64,000 bases of DNA from the human T2T-CHM13v2.0 reference genome, Homo sapiens. Of this stretch, positions 16,522 through 29,383 are shown piece by piece; the stretch's first letter is position 1, and the number at the start of each line of letters is the position of its first letter. The notes under the pieces were generated by a model, which did no database searches, was not told the origin of the DNA, and saw nothing but the letters and a program-made list of their open reading frames with translations. The translations under genes were made by a program, and so were the position numbers. The stretch is from assembly GCF_009914755.1 (NCBI RefSeq), contig NC_060945.1; one strand, 5' to 3'.

Positions 16522-16892
16522 TGTATTAGTTTTCTACAAATAACAACTATAGACTGAACGACTTAAACAACAGGAATTTATTTTTTCACGATTCTGGAGG
16601 CAAGGAGTACCAGCTCAAGGTATTGGCAGGGTAGGTTTTTCCGAGCCCCATCCTTTGCTTTGCAAATGGATATCTTCTCCCTGTGTCTTCACATGGTCTT
16701 CTCTGTGTTTTTGTGTCCTAACCTCCTCTTCTTATAAGGACACCAGTCACTGGATTCAGGCCCATCCTACTGATCTCCTTTAATTTAATTACCTCTTTAA
16801 AGACACTAACTCCACCTACAGTCGGATTTTGAGGTACTGGGAGTAAGGACTTCAGCATCTGAATTTGGGGGGAGACAATTCAGCCTGTAACA
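16522..16892 (-). mobile_element. MLT1B-like MaLR solo LTR
   Basis: tgtattagtt...cttcttataaggacaccagtca...gaggtactgggagtaaggacttc...cagcctgtaaca; 5-bp TSD ggcat/gtcat. Confidence 0.88.
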
Positions 16893-18499
16893 GTCATGAT
16901 ATGAATTAACTGCTATTGTGCATGAGATGTCTAATGAAAAGACAGAAAAGAAGTGTAAAGAAGTGATTACTGAGATCAACAAATGTTGCTATAGGACTGC
17001 CAGTCTATAGCTACTGCAGATATATATATATATATACATAAAACAATGTGATAGTGGGTGATTTGTAGATGGTAATAGACCATTCAGAGAAACAAGCTGA
17101 ATATTTTCTTACATTGGAAAAAAAGGGGGACACAAAAGAAATGATTTCCCAGCATTTTATTAGATTCCATAAGAATTCTGAGCATCAAACTATACACTGC
17201 TATATATGAAGCCAGATCCAATGGGAATCTTTTGATTTTACATATCGATCACTTTCAAAATAAGGATACTAGCCTTATTTGCTGTGCAATATTATCATGA
17301 CATATATTTTTAATTTATTGGGTCTTTCAGTTTTTGTGCATCTATAAAGCCTAATAGTTCAGCCTCTCTGTAGGCATCTTTGCTACTTCCTATCTGAGGA
17401 AATAATGTTTTATTATAAAATTACAATTTTTTGTAATTTAGATCTCTAGTTTCTAAGATAAGAAAACAGATCTATCATTTGGGGCAAGAATAGAAACAAA
17501 ATAAACTCTCCTCTTAAAGCAAGGGAAACAACTTTCTGAAAAAAAAAATTGAAGACACACCTTTCATGTATTTTAGGAACATTTCACTTTTGCTCATCTT
17601 CTGACTGCATTGTGAACCATCATAGCTAGATCAAAATTAGTTATGTTAATAAACAAAAACAAAAATTCTGTCTATTTGCCTTACATTAAGAGATATCCTT
17701 TTGCCTGATGCAACAACAGAAACTAAAATCTCTAACGAAAAACATGCTGGCTTCTCTCACCATCGTTGTCCAATAGGAAGGAATTTGGTCAGGAGTAAAA
17801 ATAACTCAGTTATGATCCATGTTATTACACTCCTCTGAGCTTCTTTCTCTCTTCCACATGTTGAATGACTTACTGGTTTATTTTTGCCACATACATAATG
17901 TTTGGCTCCTATCTCATGTGCAATCAATCTTAATTATTGGATCTCTTTCCCCCCTACAATCAGATCATTTTGATTATTACTTTAATTGTACATTCCCTAA
18001 CTAACTTCTCTCTAGTTTGTTTTTAACTTCAGGCTACCTGTGGGCATAACGTTGTACAATTCAGAATGTGAATTTTACACTTAGCCTAATAACTAAATAA
18101 GCTTAGAAATTTAGGTACGGTAAATTAGGTCACTTGGTACCTTTTCGTACAAGGAAAGCAAACTTCTTGTGTGCCTAGGTGTTGCTTTTGGAGAAACTTT
18201 CCTGAGCATTGAGGAGTCAGTGCTAACTCCTGCAAGCATGTGAGTCTCTCCGACTCTGTGATGCCAACTTACCATCTTGCTGTAGTCGAAGAGCTTTAGG
18301 TTGGAGTGAATGGGTACCATCTTTGTTCTTAGAGGTGGACTCTAAGGACCTTGTTTTTGTAGGAACACACAAGGGCTATTTTAGTGTTAATTTGAACACA
18401 TCAGAAGAGTTTACATCAGAATTTCAAAGAAACGTAGGAATCCTTGTTACCTTTAAATCTCAAATTTTCTCCATGATATAAAATATCAGTCTTCTTTTA

Positions 18500-18850
18500 A
18501 AAGATCAGAAATTACCCCAATGACCAGATCCAAATGCTGAACAACAAACAGTCCAGATTTACCATGAGGAATAGGGTTAATATTTGCTCCCCAATGACAA
18601 ATCCCAACCCGGAACAGATTTCAGCCAGGCAGCTAGCAAAGCTCGCGGGTGAACTGCACAGGCCATGGTGGGTGCAGAGCTCAGAGCCGGAAAGCAAACA
18701 GCTGCTGTAGCCTGATTTGAGTTAAAATAGTGTGAGTGTTTAGTCTGGCGCACGGCTTCAGGGGAGATTGGCAGCTGGGTCAAACAAAGTCCTTCCATTG
18801 GCTCCCTTCCCAGGCAGCTTCTGCTAGTGTTTAGGTACTAGTGCAGTGTA
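18500..18850 (+). promoter_or_regulatory. Candidate non-CpG-island RNA Pol II promoter
   Basis: Local GC/CpG rise in unique sequence; CCAAT at 18517 and 18591; inverted CCAAT (ATTGG) at 18767 and 18797, 30 bp apart; ETS-like CCGGAA at 18609 and 18687; CAGCTG E-boxes at 18699 and 18772; downstream splice donor. Confidence 0.65.
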
Positions 18851-19155
18851 GAACCCTTTTCTCAGGCAAAACCTAACATCTGACCGCACCCTTTTTGCTA
18901 TTAAAAAAAAAAAAAAGCTTCTATTTTTTTCCTCCTGTCGTTAAGATAAATTCTCCAGTAGACAACCTCTCCCACTAATTGTGTATTAGCAACGTATTTT
19001 ATCTTGAGAGCTTGTACACTGGGCTCTCAACGTGGTGTGGAAGGTAGCCTGTTACAGTGCTGGATTCATAAAAGGGCCTTTATGGTTTGTGAAAGAATAT
19101 CTGTGTGCTTAGGGAGGAAACTTTTTGATCTGCAGAAAAGCCAGAAGACATCTAG
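18830..19155 (+). other. Probable alternative first (5'UTR) exon; 5' boundary uncertain
   Basis: Ends at donor TCTAG|GTAAGG (19155/19156), followed by T-rich intron-like sequence; lies immediately downstream of promoter motifs. Confidence 0.6.
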
Positions 19156-22100
19156 GTAAGGCTACGATATCAAATCTACTTTTTTGGGGGAAAGTTGGGC
19201 AGTGAGACTGCTTAATCGCAACCAATGTGAGTTTAGAGGGTGCATGTTCACTTTTGTAGAAGTTCAAAATGTACTGACGATTGTTTGCTTATTTTTTGTT
19301 TGTTTGTTTAAATCTTAAAGGAATACTGTCGTCTGCGTTTTTACGATTTTGTTTTCTTCTATTGAACCCATTACAGTGGATATAGAGTTTTATTATATAG
19401 CGAAATCTTTGTAAACTGCCACAGAAAGAAAGTGTTATTTAGAAGGGAAATTGACAAGTTTTAAAGAGTAATTGTACAATCATTTGAGGACAGAGGAACA
19501 CTGCATTATACTAATAAGGGTTTAATTACCAAAAAAAGTTTAATGTTGCTTTGGAAGGAATATTAAGTAAGTTGTCTTTGTCTCTTACTTTTTAATTTTA
19601 GTCGCTGATTTAGCCTGTTGGGTCACATTTTTTGTTAGTGCTGAAGGCTGCCATGAATCCGTAATGAGGCCCCTTTGCACATGATTTTGGCACTTGGCCA
19701 AAATCAACTTCCCAGCGGCAAGCTTTCTCTAAAGAACCTGGAGCAATTTCTTTCTTTTTTTTTTTTTTTTAAATCAGGAATCATGTCTGAAAGCTGCCAC
19801 AACCAGTTGTATAGGCATGTCAAAATGACTTTATACAGTCAATATGAAACAAGCATTAAATATTTTTTCTCATGTTGTTGCTTTTATCATTATGAATTCC
19901 TTGCTTGTTGCCACCTAAGATACGATGGAGCAAGCACAGTCTTAAAGAAGATTTGCTGATTTTTTGTTTTTCTCAGCAGACCAGAGTAGGTATGATCATC
20001 TTATTGAGAAGTATACAGTGCAAAAAAGGTTTTTCAAAACACTACAGGATAAATAACAAATGAATTCTTAAAACTGTTAATCTCTGTAAGTAATACTCAG
20101 TGAACAGTAAGTAATGGAGTTTTCTAGAAGTTTCATCGTGCGCGCAATTAAGCTTAACATTTTTATAGTGTTTTTGTCTATGTTAAAAGGTAGCATTTGG
20201 GATTTTTAAAAATGTCAGCATTTGCTATATAATTTTAAAAACGTATTAACACCTTGATATTATTTCTAACAAATGTTTTAATAGAAATGCTTGGTATATA
20301 AACATGGCTGAATAACTTTTAAGTAATTGTGTTTAATTGCTGTTTTGCAATAAAAGGATAATTTTTCATGAAATAAATTTTGAAGCTCAAAGGTACTTAA
20401 CATCCAATTTCTGGAACTGTTATTAATTTTGATATTACTATAACTGAATTTTGTTCTGTAAGCCAATTTTATACTCTAGTGTTTTAAGAGTTAAATTCAC
20501 GAGTGGCAATGAAATACTATAGCAATCAAATATTAACACCTCAAATTTTCTATAGCCATTTTCAATAATATCTTTAGACATTAAACATAGGTACTCTACA
20601 GAATAATTAGAAGTAGAAAAGTGTAATATCAGTTGCTCTATTTTGTTTTTTTAAAAGAAATTTTATTATCACTATCGTAAATACTATTATGCCTTGTGTG
20701 TTAATCTGTAGTAATCCAGAGTGCAACTTTATTTTACTAGAAACAGTCATATTTCTCTTTAAAATATTGATGAGAATCAGATACATTATTTTTTAAGAGT
20801 GACCTAATTAAGAGATTTCTTAATAGGCATGTTTATTCTGTATTTGTCTTCCCTTTACAGTATAGAATATTGCAAATTTTGGTGATAGAAAAAATCATAT
20901 TAATTTTAGGTAAATTTTAGGATTAGAAATTGCCTCCTGATTTCCTTCAGGTCATTTTTTGTAAATATACAATTTATATTTGTTTTGCTGTGGACCAAAT
21001 TATGATACTGTAAAAACCTTGCTATTAGTTTAACCGAGGAATGGAGTGTTTGGAATTTTCATACTAGTCAACATTAAAAGCCATAGAAGTTATAAATTGT
21101 TATTAATAGAAATTTACCTAGATAAGGTCTCTTTGTATGTGAGTTTACAGCTGAATTCTTATTTAATGTAATCTTTGTAATTTATATAAAAGCAGTTAAT
21201 AAAGGTAAATATTTCAAAACTTGGATTAAAAACCAAACATTTTCACATTTATTATCATGAAACAGGTGCAGGAAAAATAAGATAGCTTCTCTTGTTGAGC
21301 ATGATTCTCACTTAAAAATTAATTTTGAATTCAATTTTAATTTTAATTTTAGCTCTTACACACATCTTCTGTTTTTATTTTTTGATTATTTTGAATCAGT
21401 TGTTGTACTTAGCATTTGAAATTGATAGATTATTTTTCTAATATTTACTAAGAAATGTTTTAACTGAAAATTATAGGGTATTCTTTGTTAATCAGAGCCC
21501 ATAGCAAAGTAAATGCCATCAAATATAGAACTTTTGGAGTACACAGAAGTGTTAGTTTGCGAGTTCAGAAGAAACTTACTTGTACACGATTACTGACAAA
21601 TGTTTTTTAGTTGAGGTAGAAACAAGTAAGTATTAAGGACAATTTAAATTATCTTCCTTACTGAAATAGCTAAAAAAATTGCTTTCTTTTGCTATGGCAA
21701 TGCGTTGTAATTATTTCCATAATCTAGGCTTTTTAGCAGAATTATTAGCTAGTTTTCCTTAGGACCAAAAATGCAAAACACTGATTACATTTCCTTCATT
21801 GAGTTAACATTTTAAAAATACTATATGGAAATGTAATTACTTTTAAAAAGAAAAATATTTTAATATTTTTGTTGAATTTCTTCAATTTATAAAGAATAGC
21901 TCGAACAAGTTTTTCGTTCATCTTTTCCCCCATACTTATATTGGAAATATTAAAATCTATGAAATTTTACAATGTGGAATCTCTTTTACTCTTCAGAAAA
22001 AGTTAAATTCATTTATAGTTGTCAATTCAAATTATGGACTTTTACCATTTTAAATGTGACAGGGTTTTTTGTTTGTTTATTTTAATTATGCAACAGGCAC

Positions 22101-24670
22101 TTAAAATACTTTCTTTCCCTCCAATTAAAAGAGACATTAAATAATTAAACATCAACTTTTATTCTGTATTGAAAAGAAAGCTTTACCATTGCAGTATTTT
22201 ATCCACAATTGTTTAAATGTGAGAAATGTTTACAACAGGGTATTTTAGGTGAGCATTTATCATTTAAATGAAGTGCTTTGTTCTGAGGAGTCTAAAATTC
22301 AGCAATAAGATAAATGCATTGCTACATTAGATTGAACATCATTGTTGAATTTTTGGCACAACTTCAGTGACCTCGGCCATAAAAACTAGTATAGTCAGGA
22401 TGATTTGGAATTTGCAGTAACAAAACTAGATATAGAAGCACGTGAAGACACCAACCTTTGTTGTTTTGGAGAAAGTATGCACTAAAATAAAAGATGATAC
22501 CTTTCATATAAACTGCTAATAATAATACTTTGTTATTTCATTAATACAATAAAAGTGAAATATTAAAACAGTAATTATAATCTGTAATGCATTTGTAAGG
22601 CTTTTCTCATAAAATTAACTGCCATATTTTACTCTTTTATTAGATGAACAAATGTCATATTTCCAAGCAGCCAACATAGAACTATAGCTTATATAACCAA
22701 ATAATTTTTTAATGTTACTTTGATTTATATACAATTGATATTGTATAGAAAGAATCACGTTAGCTGATTTTAAGTCTTGTTCAAATAAAAGAAGCATTGA
22801 TTTGCACTTGTTGCAATTTTTTTACTTTATATTGGTTTAATTTTAAAATTATCACAAAGTAAATATTACTGTTTGATATCATTCTTAAACATTCATTTTA
22901 CAAGCCACCTGACCTATTAGCTGTTTAAACAATGATGATTTATATCTTGCTATAAATTCTTCTCTCAAAGTCAAGACAAATAGATCAGTAAAAGAACCTC
23001 TTTTTTAATGCTCAAAATTTTTTCTTAAAAAACAAAGAATTTTTTTAGTTTTCTTTTGTTTATGTGTTCATGTGTATTTGCCAACCTGTGTTTTTGCCTA
23101 CATCCTGAAATATATGTCTTTTGAACTCGAGGTTGGAAAGTCTGATAGCAGGCTCTTAAGTTTATTCTTATTCCATATTATTTTTTATAAACAAATTTAT
23201 TGAGTTTCTTACTGAGAGTAAGTCGATATATGAATCAATATTAATGATCACATCAAATCTGAGGATTTGCTTCCTTTAAAGCGCTGAATATTCAGCATAA
23301 ATTTGTGCTAATTTACGTGTTTATAGAGTGATTCTAAATATTTGATTAGTATTCGTTTTAAAGATTTACTAATTCTTTGAAAATCTGGAGAACTATCGTT
23401 TGCTTAAAAAACTAATATCTACTAAAGTTGTAATTGTCTCTGCTTTGCTATTATTGAAATATTACATAATCTCTTGTTTAAAAATATCATGAGACTAAGC
23501 TATCGTGCCTTTCTTTCCATTTCTCCCACTAACATCTGAGGTCAACGTCTGTAAGAGGAAATATCTGAAAATATTTCAAAAACATTTTCTTTCCTGTGAT
23601 AATCAACTGCTTTATCATTTGCAGAGATTTTGAAAGGAGTAACTGTTTTATTTGAATGCTTAGATAAATGTGAGGAATATATGGGCTTTCTGTGGACTTC
23701 AGTTTTAAAACTAAAATAGAAAGTAAGATGGAGAGTAATAAAATGATATATTTTATAGCAACTAATTACAACTTGCTGTTCATACATAAACAACACGCTG
23801 GAAAGGTAGACAGTGGGCTTTGAGAGCAGCTTTCATTTACTCAGTCTGTAAGAACTCGTGAAAATGGTGTCAAAGGGATGGTGGTGATCCATTCTGTATG
23901 GTCCATGGTGCTTTAAGCTTATACAGTCATTTACCATATTTAAATCCCCGAGTCTTGCCTCAGAGCCCCAATCACCAATCTCAGATATTTTTACAAGGAG
24001 AGAGGAGTTACACACTCATTCTTGTTCACTGGAGGATCTGTGATAGCGTTTCCTTGGCAGAAGCAGGGTTCTTCTCTGTATAGTGATTTTTTTTAAATCC
24101 CTGTTTAGGTAGTTCAGCTCGTTCAGTTGGACAAATCAGCATTATAACCAAGCTGACTCAGCCTTAGCAAGGATCACTAGTTTTTCATTTTGCCCTAAAC
24201 CTGGGCATTTTCCTGAAGAATATGGACAGTTGTGCATGAAAGGTCAAGTTGCTAAAAATTATAGAACATGCATGTTCTACTTATGAGTTACTAAGTTGTG
24301 TTTTGTGTTCAAAATAGTATATATAAATACATGTTTTGTGTACAGAATATTTAAACAGTGATAGAAACAGTTGTTCTGAAATTTAAGTTATGGGATTGGC
24401 TTTATTCCAATTCTACTTGAGATGTCATCCAAAATTACTTTTCGAAAGCACTGCTTTGAAAATTTCCTGTTACAGTCTTCATGAAGTATAGTGATCTGGA
24501 TATGAATTTTCTGCTAGTACAGGAGTTTGGGAAAAATACAAGTATATGACTATTGCATGTTCTGTGGGATTCTAATCTGATCACATGCTCTTTCCTCTCC
24601 ATTCCTTGGGCCCATTCATAAATATTCTATGGAGAGTTATTTTTTTTTTCCTGTCAACAGCCAATTTTAG

Positions 24671-24813
24671 TCTTTATTTTAATTTATTTCTTTTTAGAGA
24701 TAGGATCCTACTATGCTGCCAGGCCTGGAGTGTAGTGGCTCTTCACAGGTGTGATCATGGCCCACTATAGTCTTGAAGTCCTGGGCTCAAGAGATTCTCC
24801 CACCTCAACCACC
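24671..24813 (-). mobile_element. FAM (fossil Alu monomer, 7SL-derived)
   Basis: ggagtgtagtggctcttcacaggtgtgatcatgg...tcctgggctcaagagattctcc; the ttcacagg segment is typical of FAM/7SL. Confidence 0.8.
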
Positions 24814-26609
24814 AATTGTAGATGTATTCAGATAGCATGACATTTGAAAAAGTTGATGGAGAGAAAATTCCTACTGAAGTGTGTTATAGATATCTCTAAA
24901 ACATCTTTGGTTGTCAGGAAATGAATCAATGATATAGAAACAAACAATGATTTGTAATCTTGGCAGATAAACAGAGAAATAATCAGTTCAGAATATTTAT
25001 GGAATGATAACATTTTCCTGTTGATATATTTTTGTGCCAACAAATTTAATTTGGAAACTGGTATTTGTTACTAGAAGGCAGTAATCAATTTTGGTAATCA
25101 GTAGTTTTAAATGCTTTATTCAAGACCAAGGGCTGATTTATTGAATGAATAGGTCTTAGATAAAATGTAAGCTATTGGGCCAACCCATATCTGGAATTTG
25201 TTTTTATTTTCAATACCCAAGTCATTAAGTGTAAATGTAATAGTATTTGCATATTTTCAACTTTCAGATTAGTCATGTCTACCTTTGAAATTTGTTTTCT
25301 CCTTAGATAAGTAACTTATGAGTAATCAAATATCTTGCAATTTCCATTTTCCATCTTAAAGCCCGTGCAAGATCAAATTTGCAGTTGCTAAATCACATAA
25401 AAGTCTGGATTAATAGCAAAATGAGATTATGTAGCCCAAAATGAAATTATAAATAAAGTGCAGGTGTTTGCTAGGATTTGTGTGGTCAGATATACAAATA
25501 GAATCACAGGTAGAGTTTCTCATTTCTCACTTGAGAAAAGTGCAATTAAAAGTAATTTCCAGATGTTCAAATGCACAGCTGCTTTCTCCTAAACTAAATT
25601 TTGCAGAAATGAGCTAAATTATAATGGGTTTAAAAGTCACTACGTTTTAATGGTTTTTAAATTGAATTTGAAACATCATTACTAGGTTTACCAGATGAAG
25701 AGAGTTAATGCTTATGAGTACCTGGTACAATTTTCATTTAGGTGGCAGCAGAGCCATTAACGTATTGGAAATTATAATAAGACCAAAACTTACATTGGGT
25801 TTGAAAAAATTGATTAGTATGTGTGTTGATACACTCCATGCCTTTATGAGATTTATATTATATACTCTATGACACTATGAAAGTTATTCAGCTATAGGTG
25901 AAAGAAACGTGTGTATATGTTCATAAAATGGTATGTGTGGGGGGGAGGTGTGGGTGTGTATGTGTGAAAGAGATTTTTACATTTTCTTTGCCTAATGAAA
26001 AGGAAAATAGCAAGAATAAGATGCAAGTACACTGTTTGAAATATGCAAGTCTATTAAATTGTTTTTACATATCAAATTATAAGCAATGACTATGAACCTA
26101 CATATCTGTAATATCAACTTAAAAAAATCCATCTATTTTACTCAGAGTTACTTACATGCCCAATAGCAATAAGCTACTGTCATAAATATTATCCCATTAA
26201 GTAAAGTCCTGTTCTTGACTAAGTTTTCTTGGGCTTGAAATAGGCTTTTCTTTGCAGCCAGGAATAGCCAAGTTTTTTCTAAAACTCTTACGGGAAGGCG
26301 TGTGGATGGTTAAACGAGGAATGGGAGGTAAAAAGTGGGGGCATTGCATTGGAATAGAGAATTAAAGAGCTTTTACCCTACGTAAGCTCAGAAATTTATC
26401 ATTAAACAATCCATTAGTATTTCCACAACAGTTTTCAAAGCGCACTGCTGAAAGAATTTCAAAAATTTGACCTTGGAAGTGATTAGAAAACTGACGCATT
26501 AGTTTTGAGTATGATGGTAGAACACTTTATCCTATGTACGACGTTCTTTCAAGTGATTGACTCGTGCCCTTGAAAGCATTATCCATGGCCAGTGATTGAT
26601 GGACTTGTT

Positions 26610-26770
26610 CAGGTCCTATGCAGAGTGCTTCATATATCTCATCTCAATCCTCTAAATAACCATGAAAGTTGATGATTATCTCATGGTACAGATGGGAGGC
26701 TAAGAGTGTTTAATTTTCCCCAAGTTCCAGTGCTAGTAAGTGTTGATGTCTGGATCTGAACCTGTGTTAA
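26610..26770 (-). mobile_element. MIR fragment
   Basis: catctcaatcctc...tacagatgggaggctaagag...ccccaagttccagtgctagtaagtg...gatctgaacc. Confidence 0.7.
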
Positions 26771-27669
26771 TGGTGTTTCTAGTCGATGCTGTTATCTGTT
26801 GCACCACATTTTGAATAATCTTGGACTTTCAGAGTATGAAGGACGATTAAATATAACCCTTTGGTATAAATGTTCTCTCTCTCACTCCTCTGTAACAATT
26901 GGAGAAACAGAGTTCTAACAATATTAAAATCAGCCATAGACAGAGAGTAGTGAGAAATATACTTTTTTTAATACAGAAGGTTCCCTGAAGTACTTTTAGT
27001 ATTATTCTAAATTAAGCAATAACCAATGAACAATTTTGGTCATAAGCAGTTTCTCTCCAGAAAAAAAAAAAAAAAAAAACAGATAATATCCATGAACAAA
27101 GGTTCTATAATGTGAGTCTCTTTTGCACATCAGTGGCTTAAAATAATGAGTAGTGGAATAGCATAATAGGGGGAAATACCTCTCAGACAGGAAATTGCAC
27201 TAGCTTGTTTTGTCAACATATACATTACTATACCCAGAGACATACAAGAGTTAGAGACTCACGGTGAGTTTTCACTGTGGCCATCTGTGCCATCCCGTGC
27301 AGGACTCTACTGTGGCATTCCACAAAAGCAAATCCTCAGAAGCCTTCTCAAAGTGCTTAACTGCCTTGAAACAGGTGTTTCTCACTAGACAACAATGTCC
27401 GTTTACTTTAAAATTCAGAATTTCCCCATATCACATGCTTGTGAAGAAAGAAATTTGAACTCTATTATAGTCTAGTTGTTGGCAATTGTTATAAAAATTA
27501 GATTTCTAACCTCTATTGATAGCACTATACTTGAAATGAGAATGTGGGCATAAAATACTTCTTATAAACTTGTTTTTAAGTTTTATGTAATGTTGGCTGT
27601 TACAGGTCAAGATATGAACACTGAAAATTTTGGGCCAAAGTCACTTTTTCAACACTGGCCCATTTGAGT

Positions 27670-27840
27670 TGTTGATTTTAGAGCTGGGATCATTGAATGT
27701 TATTTTTTCATACCTTTATTTTATGCAACAGAAAATGAAGGCTTAAAGAGGGAAAAATGGCCTTTCTGCTCATGGTCATAATACTAGCGCCTGGAGAGTT
27801 GGCTTTGATCACAGATTTTCCTTCCAGTTTTCTATTCCTT
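27670..27840 (-). mobile_element. MIR fragment
   Basis: attttatgcaacagaaaatgaaggcttaaagaggg...catggtcata. Confidence 0.55.
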
Positions 27841-28164
27841 CATTTATATAAGGCCATTTACCCTCTAAATCATTTACATCTAGTTATAAAATATCTTTTT
27901 CTTTTCCTAAAACTTTAGTAGTACAGAAATACAATTGAAGGAGATTTGGCTTCGTTGGTAAATGTAGAAATAACTAATAAGAGGTATTGAATATAAACTT
28001 ACCCATAAGTTATTGTTTCTGTAAATGCACACGATTAAAATGTCTAGTTTGTAATTTCATTCTTGATGTATATTCTAGGGCACGCTGACATTTTAAAGAA
28101 TTTTGTTGAAACGCCCACTGAGCGTGCTTTCTGAAAAATGAAGATTATCTTTTGTTTTTTTTCT

Positions 28165-28590
28165 TTTTTATGAGCTTTAAAAAGTTTTAAATAAAAGTTT
28201 CTAAGATGCATGATTCTTAAGCATACATCTGGATGAATGTCTTACATATGCATCCATATGTAGTTATAAACATTCGTACATCTTCTCCCAGATACCAGAA
28301 TATAAAAATTTCAGCACTCCTTAGGACTCTCTCATCCCCCTCTGACACCTGTCACCATATATATTAGGTTTACCAGTCTTTGATTTCATATAAATAGAAT
28401 TGCACAGTATGTATATATTTTTGTCTGGCTTACGTTACTCAATATTTTGTCCATGTGATTTTCCCATCTTGCATATATTGGTTGGTTGTTCTTTTTTGCT
28501 TTGCAGTATTTATTTGTGTGATTATGGCACAATTTTAATCTATTGTGCTGTGTTAGTACACTCGTTGGGTGTTTTCAGATGTCTGTTTAC
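28165..28590 (-). mobile_element. L1ME-type 3' fragment
   Basis: ttcatataaatagaattgcacagtatgta...ttttgtctggctt. Confidence 0.7.
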
Positions 28591-29045
28591 ATAATTTTTT
28601 AAATGCAGAACTGGTACCAAAAATATAGTAGTCAGTTGTTTTCTTTAATAGATGAAATATAAAACTAGAATCACTTTAATTAAAGTACTACAGGCAGTTA
28701 TTGCTTTACATGGTCCCATGCTAACTGAAATTCATTTATATTTGAACTCTGAAAAGTGATAACTCAGTATTTCTGAGTTATCTATGAAAAAAAATCCTGG
28801 AAAAAAGAATTAGTATGTGTTATCCTAAGTAGATGCTGAAGAACCAGTCCTGCAATATTTAAACTTTATCATCACCCATTTGCTCCTGTTATTTATTACA
28901 TATATACAACTGTAATTATAGTTTGGACCAAATATCCATGTAGTTAAACTCAGTTGTCACTTTATTTTCTAAAACTCCTTCTGGATGGCAAAAATTTTCT
29001 GGTTTAAAGCAAAATAATTAAGCCATTGCGTTTTACATAGGATAG

Positions 29046-29383
<338 letters not shown>

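Noticed and set aside
24100-24160. tRNA-like/ancient SINE head (agctcgttcagttgg)
   Set aside because: No B-box or cloverleaf discernible; similarity too short to call.
28690-29040. Possible ancient Tigger-type MITE (tacaggcagttattgctttacatgg)
   Set aside because: Only a TIR-like start was recognised; no matching end could be placed with confidence.
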